Of a DNA stretch of 64,000 nt, positions 41,586-54,557 are shown piece by piece. Source of the DNA: Epiperipatus broadwayi. Taxonomy: Eukaryota; Animalia; Onychophora. Made by a program: the position numbers and the translations under genes. Location: NCBI GenBank assembly GCA_028023455.1, contig JAQFVV010000007.1, positions 17,856,001 through 17,920,000 of the forward strand, given 5' to 3'. A model generated the notes under the pieces. That model was not told where the DNA came from. It saw only the letters and a program-made list of their open reading frames with translations, and ran no database searches. Every line of letters begins with the position of its first letter. Position 1 is the stretch's first letter.

Positions 41586-42167
41586 TGATTTATGATAATA
41601 AATTTGAAAGTAATTCTTGTCAATTTCAACTATAAGATATTCATGCACTCTGCTTATTCTTTCTGCAATTAATTACACAATTTGCAACCTCTTCTATGTC
41701 TGTTATCAATGCAACTATTATACATCTAGAAACAGTTATCTCATTTTATTCTAACATTACTGCCGCTATTTTTAAGAATTTCTCATATATTCTGGAGCAA
41801 TACCCATGCAATTTGCTCAGCCCTTTTTCTGATAGATGTGATGTTTTATTTCTCAAAAAATTAATTGCTTTAACTCTTAATAAAAATAAATATTAAAACT
41901 CTGGTTCTCTAAAGTACTCTGTGCAACTAAAACACACACAAATCAAAGTTTTTGTGAAAGCTTTTTAAAAAAGGATTGAATCCTTTTTTTAAGTTTAAAC
42001 TTCAGTTGTCTATGTTCTCCTTTCAGGATGAATTATGTGGCCTGCAATACTAGCATTGCACTACATAGAATAATTTTATCATCTCTATTTCTTGCTGAAT
42101 TTAATTATAAATATGTTTCAAATAACTCCATGAAGAAGAGTTCTGTGTAAGCAAACATTTTATTCTT

Positions 42168-42484
42168 ACATCACATGATCATCATTTCATATGCTTACAC
42201 ATGCTGTTAATAAGAGTATAAAATTCTCCATATAGTAGTACCACCAAGTGCAAGCCTTCATAATCAATGGATGCAGAAGGTTTGTGCATAAAGTCCTTAT
42301 CGAGCTCTCACTTATCCAACACCCCCAGACTTCTCACTGATGAAATATACAAGCTAGAAACTAGTATGGGGATGATAGATGAATAGGCACTAGATAGAGA
42401 TTTTATGCACAATCTTTTCTGCATCCATTGATTAAGAAGGATTGCATTTGGTAGCACTATGGGATGGAGAGTTTGAGTAATAAG
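42168..42484. mobile_element. HHR repeat family A fold-back with degenerate TSD
   Basis: CTGATGA at 42337, GAAACTAGTA-TGGGGA at 42357-42372; flanks ttttattcttaca (42158-70) and ttttatttctaca (42485-97). Confidence 0.88.
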
Positions 42485-44234
42485 TTTTATTTCTACACAA
42501 GGCATCTTAGCATTTAAAGCACCATTACACACACACTTTTTACAAAATTTTAATTACTGAAGTGTAAGCCTAACCATGTAGAATATATAATAAAGATCGA
42601 AATGAAATTTTTTTTTTGTAAATATTCGTATTGCCAGTAATTTTATTGCTATATATGTATATGTGTGTATATATATATGAAATTAGAATAAGCACAAAAC
42701 TGTATTGGAAATAAATATAGAAAAGTATGCACCACCCACCTACTTCTAAATTTTTCAGCAACGAAGTAGCCAAAAAATCTTGACAAATTGTGGATTATTT
42801 TATAGTCACACTCTAAAATAAATCCATACCACATGGGCATTAAAGATGCAGTTTGTTGGACAATTTAGAATTTAGAACACTCCAAGGATAAAAATGGTTA
42901 TGGTATTACAAATAAATCCTATTCCAATCTAAATGCATTGATAAGATTTGGTTTTTTTTTTAAAAAAAAGAAATTATTGCCACTCTTAGTAGATTTTAAA
43001 ACTTGTTAAATACTTAAGTAGTAATCTGGATTTTTAAGCTGGTCGGTTATGGGGGTGATGTATTCCTCTTTAAAAATGTGTTATTGATAAAATCTGTTCA
43101 TGGTGTTATTAATGGGACTATTTGCTAGACCATATATTTTTAATAAAAAAATAATTGAATTATTACTTGCATCATAGGTCATGTGATATCAAATAATGTA
43201 AAGAGAGAATGAGTTTCAATCCAGCAAATTTATTTTTTTGATTCATCGCTCTAACACTATGTTAAATTTCAGAGGGCTTTGTGGCCTTCTCTGCTGTTCT
43301 AAATGAATAAATAAAAATGGACCTTTTTAGCAATATTTGGACTTAATAGCATAAGTTAAATAATTGATGAAATACATAAAAATAATTGGTGGAATAAAAC
43401 TACAAAATAAATAATCTGATCATTGCAGTCAATTTAAAACTTTTTTGATGAATTGATACTAATATTTAGATTTGGAAAAAATATTATAGTCCAATAAATC
43501 TATGTCCTCTAATATATATATATATATAATACATAAGTATTAGTATAGTGATGAAAAGTGATACACTTTGGGATTCTAGGTCTACGATTGTTAGAACTAC
43601 GTCACTTCCGCTTATTGAACTTTTTGATCAACAATTCATTTGATTATACATATGTATGATAAGGTGATATTTTGATTAAATGGTGATAGTGTTTTGATTA
43701 TTTCTTGAATAATTTTGTAAGCTAAACTAATGCTACATACCAAGTTACTGATCAAATGGTTTGAATCCAGTTGAAGCAAGGATATTAACATATTACTGAA
43801 CTTTTCATATACATACTTTTTATGCCACTTAAGAATTTCAAATGTAGATTTAATTGTTAATGGAGATTTTTTTTTTTAAAAAAAAAGAATTCTGTGATTA
43901 TTAAGTTATGCCAATGCCATTATTATGTTGAAAACACCTTATGATAAACACAGTTTACTTAGTCTGCTTAAAAGAAAAGGAAATACTAGAGGAAGTGTAT
44001 GCTGATTCTACACTATTGATCCTATCAAGTCACTTGCTGATTTGGTTTAATTTCTACAGAGAGGTTTGCTTGTGAAATCACTTCCGTTCAAAATGGAGGA
44101 AAAATAGCAAGTATACATAAAAAATTCATCTAAATAGACTAAGCCAGGTTAACCAGTCACCAGAAGCACAATTGTAGCAGGATACTGCAACGTGACTAAC
44201 ATCCACATCACAAGATATCTCCATTCATGCTGAG

Positions 44235-44555
44235 AATCAAGCATACTGTGGGCATCGATTAAAAAAATCATGGGTGTTTGGATTGAAAAGAGGTTCACAT
44301 TGTCACTATTTCTGCATTCCATGCCAAAACAGATTGACTCTAATTTCCATCATTAAGAGAGAATGTGTGGTTGGCTCAATCATTTTTCCATTCTGATGAA
44401 TAACTAACCATAGAGACCTCAGTGCTAAAGGATTCAAACTTTTCACAGTCAATCACCTACTGCATTATGGAGCTTTCACCCAAGCAATCAAACAATCTTG
44501 GGTTGAAACAAAAGTCAAAATTGTCAAGAGTAGGACGATTATGTCCCAATCTTAA
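44235..44555 (+). pseudogene. Merlin/IS1016 (ISXO2-like) DDE transposase remnant
   Basis: GHRLKKSWVFGLKRG...NRLTLISIIKRECVVGSII (HSDE* in a shifted frame)...GFKLFTVNH...FTQAIKQSWVETK. Confidence 0.75.
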
Positions 44556-44898
44556 TTTTTATCTGTTGGAAAATGAGATGGAAAAACAGTAGCATTGTAG
44601 CCTTCAGGACATTTATGTTATTTATCAAAGCCAGGGATAAAGTTAGCTTGTGATATTTAAAAAAAGAATACTGTTTGTACTTTAAATAAAACTTGTTCAT
44701 AGTATTTGTTAATTAAGTACCTTTTTTCTTGTTTGGATTATTAATTAAAAACTCTTGTTCTTCTTTACTTTGTAGCAATTTATCATAGTAAAAAATATGG
44801 TGGCAGATTAGCAGTATTACTTCATTGTAATACTGTTTATTATTTGTGATATCATCTTTGTTTTACATATAATAAATTAAGAATAAGTGTATTATATG

Positions 44899-45496
44899 GG
44901 TACTTATGTATTATCCTTCCTACCAAACTTGGCAGTGATTTTTATTTGAAGTTATACATTTTCATGGGCATACAAGTATTTGTTTATGTAATTCTTTTTC
45001 AATTTTATTTCACTGAGTATGTGTTAGTTTTTAAGTTTAGAAACAAATAATAATTCATTTATAAATACCATTCAGAAGGTTTATTTCAACACCTGGATTT
45101 CTATTTAGGTGAATTTATGTGGCTTCAACTGCACACAAAAAAAGATTCATTTGTGGAGATTTTGCAGGCCCTTAGGGACTTCAGGCCACCAACATGAATA
45201 ATACTCATTTATCCTTCTTTAAAAATAATACATATAAAGAAGCTTATTTTTTATTTTTATTTTATGTTAATAAGTTGACTTAATACAAAAAGAATAATAA
45301 TAATAAATAAAGTGGAAATATAATTAATTTTTGCAGAAAATTTTCCTTATTAATATAAAAATTACAAAAAAAACTATAAATTTTAACCACTTCTTATCAA
45401 CCATTTTGTTTTAAAAATTTATTGTACGCCCATGAAAATGTATAAGCTTAAAAAACAGGCTGTCAAGCTTGGTAGGAAGGCTTATACATAATTACC
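44899..45496. mobile_element. MITE with ~40-bp terminal inverted repeats starting GGTA (Merlin-like)
   Basis: ggtacttatgtattatccttcctaccaaacttggcag is approximately the reverse complement of ctgtcaagcttggtaggaaggcttatacataattacc. Confidence 0.7.
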
Positions 45497-46786
45497 ATTA
45501 GCATAATTATATGTATTCAGTGTTCAAACAACCTGCAAAATAAAATTATGAAATTCCTTGGTATCTGTTTATTCATTATTTACTGTTATGTTAGTTTTAC
45601 CATTTAGTATGTCTGCAGATTGTTCCATCACTAAGTCCCAGAATGGATACTAACAGTGAGTCAATAGTATTTGTAATAAGAAATTGCACACACCATGTAG
45701 CAAGTAGGCTAGTTAAACTATCAAATACATCAATTATCTTTTTATTGATCTCATGAATTTGGAATTTGTTAAAATGATGCAAAGTTTGTTTAAATTCATT
45801 GTAATATTTTTGAAGATTACAAATATCAACTGTTAACTGTTTTCTTTAGTTATTGTCTCTAATTTTACATATACTTTATATTTTATTAATTCCTAATCAA
45901 ATCAGTTTATTCGCTGTGTATACTAAGTATATTTCATAAAATCTAGAACTTTAAAATGCATTTTATTATAGTTATTATTATTCATGAATCTCAGTATTTG
46001 CAATCATGTAAACAGTATACTTGATTTGGATGCTATCATGTTTTCACTTTGATTTTTCATAACATACATACACATATTTTTTTTACACAAATTCACAAAT
46101 CTATTTCCTTTCTTATTTTTTGATTTCATACTCAAATTTGTCCACCACATTTGCATCTTTCAATTGTTTACAGTAATTTTTAAAATGTTGTTCCTCTGAT
46201 TAAAAGCATTGTGTACATCTAAATCAATTTTTTTTTATTTTCCATCAGAATGGGAATTTGGAGTGTAACCCTGAATTCTCAGTCTTTGGACATTGTTCTA
46301 CTTTTAGGCATAATGAATCCCATTCCACTTCTATTTCCAATATTTGTTCCTTTATAATATTTTATACATTCATTTTAAAATCAATTGGATTTTCAGTCTT
46401 GTCTTCTACAAGCTTCACAAAGATTTTATTGTTTTCTGTTTATCTTGAAGATGTCTGAGAGACATTTCAACTTGAAAACCTTAAATGTAATTGTAAAACA
46501 GATTCCTTGATTTAATTATGGTAGAATTGGCTTTAAACAGAATATGGAATAATTAAGAATTAGAAAATCATATTTGACATTTATGTTTAATACACCCAGT
46601 TTCTTTTCAAAACATCTTCATAATTCCTACAGTTTTAAAAATCTCTAGTTGTGTATTATATGTTTATTAATAATATCCTGTGTGGGCAAAGGCATTGATA
46701 AAGTAACAGATTCTGGAGTATAATATCGGATCGGTTTTTGTGTTAGCACTTCCTTGCAAGCTTCTTACAAACTTTTGAGCAATAAA

Positions 46787-46888
46787 GCCATATGTTGAAT
46801 ATACTCAGCTATTAAGTGAAGTTAGGCAATGTTATGCTCATTTAGTACTTGGATGGGTGCCTGCCTGGTAATACTGAGTGCTGTAAGC
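46787..46888 (+). pseudogene. 5S rRNA-derived sequence (pseudogene or SINE3-type head)
   Basis: gaagttaggcaatgt...ttagtacttggatgggtgcctgcctggtaatactgagtgctgtaagc matches the 3' two-thirds of eukaryotic 5S rRNA, including the C box. Confidence 0.85.
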
Positions 46889-46894
46889 CAGCTT

Positions 46895-46975
46895 GCACTG
46901 CCATGCATGGATTAGTGCAGTGGTTCTGGGTCAGACTCTGAAAGTTAAGGCTTTCAGATCGATTCTGCTTATGGC
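46895..46975 (+). mobile_element. tRNA-derived segment directly after the 5S-like sequence
   Basis: TAGTGCAGTGG A-box and AGATCGATTC B-box-like motif. Confidence 0.5.
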
Positions 46976-47199
46976 ATTGCCTGAGTTTGAACTTCTTTGA
47001 AGTTACAAAACCATTCGATCATTTACAGTGGTTCCTTTGGAGATAATAGTATCTGGATTGTGCATAGATAATGATGATGATTACGTGAGTTAATGTTGAA
47101 TGTAAATATTGTGGGTTATTCGTTATTTTCTAACCGTTTATTGTTAATAGATGACATTTAGTTTAAATATTCTCACTAAATGATTGAGAGCACATTTTT

Positions 47200-48220
47200 A
47201 TTCTTTACAAATATATGTATTTATGTGTGCGTGCTATTTTATTATTTCGGAAGCAGTGTTTTATCATGAATCACTTTCAACAATAGTATAATGATTTCTA
47301 TTAACGGCTAAATAGCAACGGTATTTCCCCCGCTCAAAAGGAAAAAAGTATTATTATTTTATCATGTCTGTTTAGCGTCAATAAACTCGCTTCTGTGCAG
47401 TTTTTTAAATCCACACTATTATAAATTTTATACTGTATTTTCATTTTTTTTTTTAAAAAAAATTAATTGCGGACAAATATTCTACTAACAGTTAAAATTT
47501 GCATTTACTTATTTCGCTTGATTGACGCATTCTAATTGGTTTAGACTGCGTTAGTTAAGTCTGTTTATCTACTCACTTTTTTTATTTACAATTTTATGTA
47601 TATAATATTATTTATTTATTAATTTTTTTCATTTTTTTTTAATGAGTGTCATTTAATTACTCCTATAGATAATAATTTATTAAGTAAATTCAAATTACAT
47701 ACGATCTAATAAACAATTTTCTCTAATTCTCCACTAAAACTATACGTAGTTTTTCGGTTTATTTGTTGTTGTTTTTTTAAAAAAATTACGGGAAAATGGG
47801 AGGAGGGTCTAAAATTAAATCAAGTCTTTATAAGTAATTTGAAGTAATACAATTTTTTTTTTACGGACATTATCAATTCACATAAATAATATATATGTTG
47901 CAGACACTTATTAAGTTGCTTTATCATTTGTGGCTAATTAGAAGGAGGGGAAAGGGGGCGCCGAAAATGACTGACTATGATTTCTACTTAGTTTTAAAAG
48001 CTTTTCCATTCTTCAGAGACTTCGTTAATTATCTGATATTGAAACAACTGGTTTTATCACAAGTCATTTTCCAGGTTCAAATCTTTTATTACTTATCCTA
48101 GTCTTACATTCCTTCGATTATTTGTGTCGAATCTAATGATCTAAATTTATTTATCTTCGAATCCAGAAATTTAAATTTAGCCAAAACAGAAATTGCTAAA
48201 ATTATATATAACAAAGTAAG
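47200..48220. promoter_or_regulatory. CpG-retaining region, possible promoter or first exon
   Basis: CpG excess; TGACGCA and ATTGG at ~47523-47538; purine/GC patch before ATG at 47968; AAA|GTAAGC donor-like site near 48216. Confidence 0.3.
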
Positions 48221-50497
48221 CTTTCAAAAATGAAAAATGTAATTGAATTTATCATTATTAATCATCATCATCATCATCATCAATCATTATCAATCCCACT
48301 GCAGGATGGTTTCTCCAAGTTCAGCCCATCTCTGATCTCTAGTCTCTCTTCTCCATATTATCTCTGCACACTTTCTTATTTTTTCCATCCATCTCATATG
48401 TGGCTTCTTTTTGGATCTTTTACAATCTCTTGGAATCTATATTAATATTTCAATTTTCCATCTATTATCATCTCTTATAGCAGTATGTCCGGTCCAACTT
48501 CACTCCAGTCTATTAATTCTTTCAATGATATCAGTAACACCTGTTTGTTCTCTTACCCATATATTGCATTTTTGATCTCATCTTTTTACTTCTAATATGC
48601 AACTCTCCCTACTTCTTTGAGTGATCTGAAGTTTCTGTATTGCTCTTCTATTAACTGTCCAAGTCTCAGATCCATAAGTAAGAATAATAAAACACATTTA
48701 TTAAAAGCTTTCTCTTTCAAACACATAGGCATATTTCCTTTTGACATTAAGTTATTTCTAACAAAAGCACTCCAACCAAATTTAATCTATGATTAATTTA
48801 ATCCATTATGTTTTCATCTGTAGTAATAATCTGACAGAAATATCTGTAGTTTTTAACTTCTTCTAACTTATCATTATCAATCTTTATTTTCAGCATTTGA
48901 AAAAATCCATTGAACATTACTTTAGTGTTTTTAATGTTTTCATTTAGTCCTACTTTCATTAAAAAGACTAAAGTAATGTTCAATGGATTTTTTCAAAAGA
49001 TGAAAATAAAGATTCATCTGATAACTCTTGCAACCTTTCCTGATGCGCTGAAGCATTATTTGCAAAAACAACTACATCATCTGCAAAATCTATATGATTT
49101 AAATAATTTCCATTTACTTTTATTCCCTTTAGCTTCTCATTTTAATCCAAAAAATATTCCTTGTAGCATTGCTGTAAAAAGTATTAGAGACTTGGAGTCA
49201 CCCTGTCTTACATCCTTCTCAATATTAACCTTCCTAATATCATTATGTAATATAAGGTTTGCTGTTGTATTTTTATAAATATTCTTCAAAATATGACAAT
49301 ATCCTGAGTCTAGATCCAATGTTTTAATCATTGAAGAAATGCTTATAGAATTAAATGCCTTTTCATAGTTTACAAATCCAAAGGATAATGGCAACTCATA
49401 TTCATTGGTCCTTTCTATAGTTTCTCTCAATACTTGGATATGATCTACTGTATTAAAACCACTTTTAAATCCAGATTGTTTTTTGGTTAGTTGAAATCTA
49501 AAGTTCTCTGTAGATAAGTTATAATTATTTTGGTAAAAATTTTGTATAAAACTGATAATCTGTAATTTCTAATATCTTCTTTATTATCTTTCAAAAATAG
49601 AATATTAATACTGCATTTTTCAAATGGTACATCTTTATTATTTAGATATTTGGTATATAACTTGGCCAAAAAATTTTCTATTTTTTCACCTACTTCTTTT
49701 AAGATATCGATTATAGTTCCATCATTACCTAAAGCTTTTTCCTTCTTCATAAATTTAATTGCATGTCTCACTTCTTCATTTAAAATCCTGGGCAATTCAG
49801 AAGATATAACAGTTGTAGGAGATATTTGTTCTTTATTACCATATAATTTTTGATAGAACTCTTCTACCCATTTTATGATGCCATCTCTCTTTTAGTAATA
49901 GTTCCACCTTTTTTTATTGCAGACAGAATTTTCTACCAATATCAAAATATTGTTTTATACATTTGAAACTTTTATTTTCTTCTATAGCTTTCCTTGCTAG
50001 TTCACAGTTATACTTTCTTATATCATTATCAATTCTTTTTTTTACACCATTTACAAAATTCAAAACATTCAATTCTTCTTAATGCATCATTTTTATATAT
50101 TTTCATATTCCTTTTTTTCTTCATAAATTCTCTAGTCTCAGTAGAAATTTTATTGGTCAACTGCAACTTTTTTCTACCTTTGTTGTGATTTTTTTAAAAG
50201 TATAACAGTTATTTTTCTATTGATTTCATTCAAATCTGAATCATGTTCACAAACTGCTAATATTTGAATATGATTTGCAAGTTCTAATTTAAATTCATTA
50301 GGATGTTTCTGAAGATTAGTAATATCAACTATGAATATTGTTTTTCTTAATAATTTGTGCCTCTTTAGTTTTGCATTAACACATATCTTACATTAAAACA
50401 GGCAAAACTCTCTATATGTATTGCCACTCAGTGCAATCCAGAGTAATCAATGGATGCCAGAAGGCTTGTGCAAAAAATCGCCATCTAGTACTGACTC

Positions 50498-50556
50498 ATC
50501 CAATATCCCCAGACTAGTTTCTGCCTTGTGGCCTTCGTCAGTGAGGAGCCTTGGAT
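50498..50556 (-). ncRNA. Type I minimal hammerhead ribozyme motif (antisense arm)
   Basis: Reverse complement: ATCCAA-ggc-TCCTCA CTGACGA AGGCCACAAGGCA GAAA CTAGTC|TGGGGA-ta-TTGGAT; stem I fully paired. Confidence 0.75.
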
Positions 50557-50600
50557 CTGAGAGCACTGCACCTAGATCTTAGGAAGTTCAGTACTCTCAG

Positions 50601-50659
50601 ATCCAAAGCTCCTGACTGATGAAGGCCACAAGCCAGAAACTAGTCTGGGGATATTGGAT
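50601..50659 (+). ncRNA. Type I minimal hammerhead ribozyme motif (sense arm)
   Basis: CTGATGA(50616-22) A GGC CACAA GCC A GAAA(50636-39) CTAGTC|TGGGGA; predicted cleavage after 50645. Confidence 0.72.
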
Positions 50660-52089
50660 GAGTAGGCACTTGATGCAGATTTTATGCACATGCCTTTTGG
50701 CATCCATTGATTACTCTGACTTGCACTGAGTGGCAATATGTATAGAGAGTTTTGTCTGTTTTAATAACAGTTATAAGCAAACATAAGAAATGGTGATCAT
50801 GTGATATCTTACATTCAGTAATTGATAATTACTTCCTGTGTTGAAATTTATTAAGAACATTGCAATCTTGAAATATGTATTTTCTATTAATCAAAATATT
50901 ATCCAATTCTGCTGCATCTTCATTTGGATGCTTTAATGTCTACTTCCTTTTAACATTTTTTTCAAAAAAAGAATTCATAATATAAAGTTCTTCTTTTTCT
51001 GCAAACTCCACAAATCTATGTCATCTCTCATTTCTATTACTACAATCAAATTTACTTACAGCACTTTCATCTTTCAATTGTTTACCAATTCTAGCATTAA
51101 AGTCTCCCACAACAATTTTAAAATGTTTGGTCTGATCAAATGCCTTTTGTACATCCATATAAAATTCCTCTACTATTTCATCATTATGAAAACTTGAAGG
51201 GACATAAACCTAATAATAATTCCAACACAATTGAAATAAAACAACTATATAAAAATAAATATTTCCTTTATTATTTATGTTTGACCACTGTTAAGGATTA
51301 AGGGCATAAACCTGAAATATATGCATTTTGCATCTGCTATTTAGTTGAATAATTAATCTTGCCATTCTGTCTGATAGACTATCAATCTTCACAGTGTTGA
51401 TCTACTATGTATTTATAATAAATCCTATTGCACTTGTTCTTTCAATATTTGTGCCTTTATGCTAGAGAACATGTCCACTTTTTTAATCAATTGTCTCATC
51501 TTTTCTTTTTACTTCACAAAGTCCAGTAATATCCCATTGAATATGAGATAGTTCTTCCAATTCTTGCAATCTTCCTTCACTTGAAAATGATCTGCAGTTG
51601 TAAATACCTAATCAAAGGTCATCATTGAATGGCAGCTTGGGTTCACAATCAGGGGATTCTTAGCATCCTCCAACTTTGGCCATCATGGCTGCTTTGGCTG
51701 GTCACTTTACAGCCTCTTGGAAATAAGGGTCATAATTTATTTTTGTCTGTAATGATTGTAAATGTCTATTAAAAAAAAATCATTCACATACATGTTTATT
51801 CTATCTTATCAGGCAATTAAGAAGAAAGTTCATGATGTTTCTTGATCTTAAGTTTAGAAGTAAAAAGCCAATAAACTTACCACACTGGCTAATGTATGTT
51901 GGTGAACAGTATATCAGTGTTCTTATACAATAAGTATAATCATATTGTAATAACAGCTGCAATGACAAGAATGTATGGAGTGGATATTAGGAATCTGCCC
52001 TGTTTGGTTCTGTTAATGCCTCCAAGAGAAATCAAAGGGTCTCCTTTCAGTTAACAGAAAACTCTTTTCTGCAACCACCATTATCAATA

Positions 52090-52810
52090 CCATCATTATT
52101 ATCATCATTTTAATCTACTATTAATTCATTGCAGAATAAAGATATCTCCAAGTTTAATCCAGTTTCTCTTCATAGTCACCCATTTCTACATCATACCTTC
52201 AGATTTCCTTATTTGCTCCATCGTCTTAGGATCAAGTTTAAATCTTCATTTGTCTATCTATTATCATCTTTTCTAGCAATATGTCCAATCCAGCTTCCCT
52301 TTAAGCTTCTTAATTTTTTTTTATAATCTCAGTAATATCTGTTTCTTAACATCCACATAATTCATTTTGGTTTTCTTTTTATTCCCAACTTACACCTTTT
52401 CACACCTTACTGTATAATCTAAAATCACAATATTGCTTCTTTGTTTAGTATCTAAGTCTCAGATGTATAAGCAAGAAATAGAAAAACCATATCTACTGAA
52501 AAAACACCCTTTCTTTTCCAACATCTAGTTATATATTTTTTTAATAATAAAGTATTTCTACAAAAAATATTCTATCAAAGTTAAATTTTATGATCAATTT
52601 TATTCATTATATTTTCATATGTATTAATTTAACGGGATCAACAATTTTGTAATTGGTAACTTCTTTGAAATCACAATTATCAATCTTTATTTTTTTTACC
52701 TGAGATAATTAAACATTACTGGTAGCCTTTTTAACATTTATTTTTAGTCCTATATTCTGATATTCATCTGATAACTCTTGTAACAGTTCCTTAAGCTCTA
52801 AAGCCTTATT
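52090..52810 (-). mobile_element. RTE-clade LINE 3' remnant
   Basis: Minus strand reads KLKGSWIGHIAR; catcattattatcatc tail near 52091. Confidence 0.6.
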
Positions 52811-53472
52811 TGCAAAAACAATTATAATCTAGATGACTTAGTCTCCATATATTTTTAAAATGTACCACAACTAGCTTCAAAGTAGATAGATAGAAATCAA
52901 TCATTAAAATAAATATAGAAGAAGTTTTTATCATAATAATTTAGTTGCTTGGGAGGTCAGATGAGAAAATTCTATTCAATCGATCAGATGGGGGGGAGAA
53001 CATAATTTAGATTTATTTACTATTAAAAAACAATTTATTAAAGTTATGAGTGGGCGAATAAACAATTGTTTTTTTTATTACATTAATAAATGAAATTAAT
53101 AGTCTAAAAATGACATCATAACAACGGAAGTGATGTTTCTTATTTGAAATAAATTTTTTCATTTTCAAATTAAGAAAAATCTGTTAACGATGTTAATCTA
53201 TAAAAATAGTTACAGCTGTTGGAGAGCGTTTGATAAAGGTTGTTTATAATATAGATTTTCCAGAACTGACAGTAAGTTAAAGACAATAGATTTATTTGGA
53301 ATTCAATAATTACAAAAATTAGTTTATGGATTAATTAAATGTATTCATTTTAAATTGTAGCTTAAAAATAGATTTATGTATTTAGAGCAAGGAAAACCGT
53401 TTATTTGTTTTGCTGTTCTCTGATTAATATTTTATTCAACATCTTCAATTCACAATCATATTAAAATAATAG

Positions 53473-53679
53473 TCCACTAAACATCATATGATCACCTTTC
53501 TTTTTGCTTACTCAAGCTGTTTACACAGAGTCAAAACTCTCCATAAAGTAGCGCCATTCTGTGCAAGCCAGAGATGAATAGGCACTAGATAGGGATTTTA
53601 TGCATAAACCTTTTTGCATCCATTGATTAATCTGGCTTGCACTAAATGGTGCTACTGTAAGGAGAGTTTTGCTTCTGTG
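53473..53679. mobile_element. HHR repeat family A fold-back (core deleted at the junction), 11-bp TSD
   Basis: TAAAATAATAG at 53462-72 and 53680-90. Confidence 0.88.
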
Positions 53680-54195
53680 TAAAATAATAGGCGTTAATAT
53701 TTATAAATAAAGCACATTATATTTTAGTGTTTACTATATTTGTCTGTTTTGAATATGAACTCGGAATTGAACCAAGATGACAGTTTCTTCAGGTAACTTT
53801 TTAAGCAAGTTTATACCTTTATTAGGTTAGCTAACCCACAATCAACTTAGCTGAATATTCAATGGCAAACAACTATGGACATATAAGTTAAGGAAAAAAA
53901 TAGATGAATATTAATACACTAGAGATAAGTTTGTGATGACTATACAAATGATTTCTACAAATATAACCATATGTAGAAGACTCTAATTCATTATCCTATA
54001 TATTTGATTATGTTGACTTCTTTTGGAACAATCTTTCTTTATGGAATAATTCAACACTATATGTAATTGCTCCAATGTATTCTATCATCTTCCAATAAAA
54101 ATGATAACCAATCAATTTTTTTTAGAAGTTCTTTGAGATAATCTTTATAATTTTATCAGAGATCTGCCTCTCTCATGATAAACATGCTCAGGTTT

Positions 54196-54557
54196 CATAT
54201 ATATATATATATTTCTTATAATACTTCTTTCATATACACTTCAATGCAAACAAATTTTCTTAAAAAACTTCTTTATTTTTCTTACAGTTTTGACTGTCCA
54301 GCAGTCTTTGTCAGAGCTTATCAAACTTTATCTGTTTTAAAAGTAAATTTGGAAAAAAAAAAAGGTTACTTTTAAAGCAGAGGAAGTTTGATAAGCTTTG
54401 ATGAAGATTGCTGGACAGTCGAAACTGTACGGAAAATTTAAAAAGTTTTTTAAGAAGATTTGTTTGCATTGAAGTGTATATGAAAGAAGTATTACAAGAA
54501 ATATATATATATGAATATATGAAGATATGCAAAAAAAGTAAAAGAGAAGAATAAGAG
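54196..54557. mobile_element. Second HHR family (B) fold-back with ~15-bp TSD
   Basis: Right arm TTGATGA A GATTG CTGGA CAGTC GAAA CTGTA (54398-54429); left arm reversed CTGACAA A GACTG CTGGA CAGTC AAAA; flanks aacatgctcaggttt (54181-95) and aatattctcaggttt (54558-72). Confidence 0.8.

Larger units (their letters stand above)
50395..50803. mobile_element. Youngest family-A fold-back, two HHRs, 12-bp TSD
   Basis: Arms of ~175 bp; ATATCTTACATT at 50383-50394 and 50804-50815. Confidence 0.93.
48260..51720 (-). mobile_element. Near full-length decayed RTE LINE (APE + RT), interrupted by a family-A insertion
   Basis: LGIYNCRSF...ELEELSHIQWDITGLCEVKR (APE start, ~51600); EEVRHAIKFMKKEKALGNDG; FVNYEKAFNSI; VRQGD; (ATG)n tail at ~48262-48280. 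Confidence 0.88.

Noticed and set aside
41640-41870. Minus-strand HLSEKGAEQIA resembling an SGNH esterase block of LINE ORF1
   Set aside because: A single short motif followed by stops.
46787-46888. Functional 5S rRNA gene
   Set aside because: The 5' end is truncated or deleted, there are many substitutions, and no T-run terminator follows.
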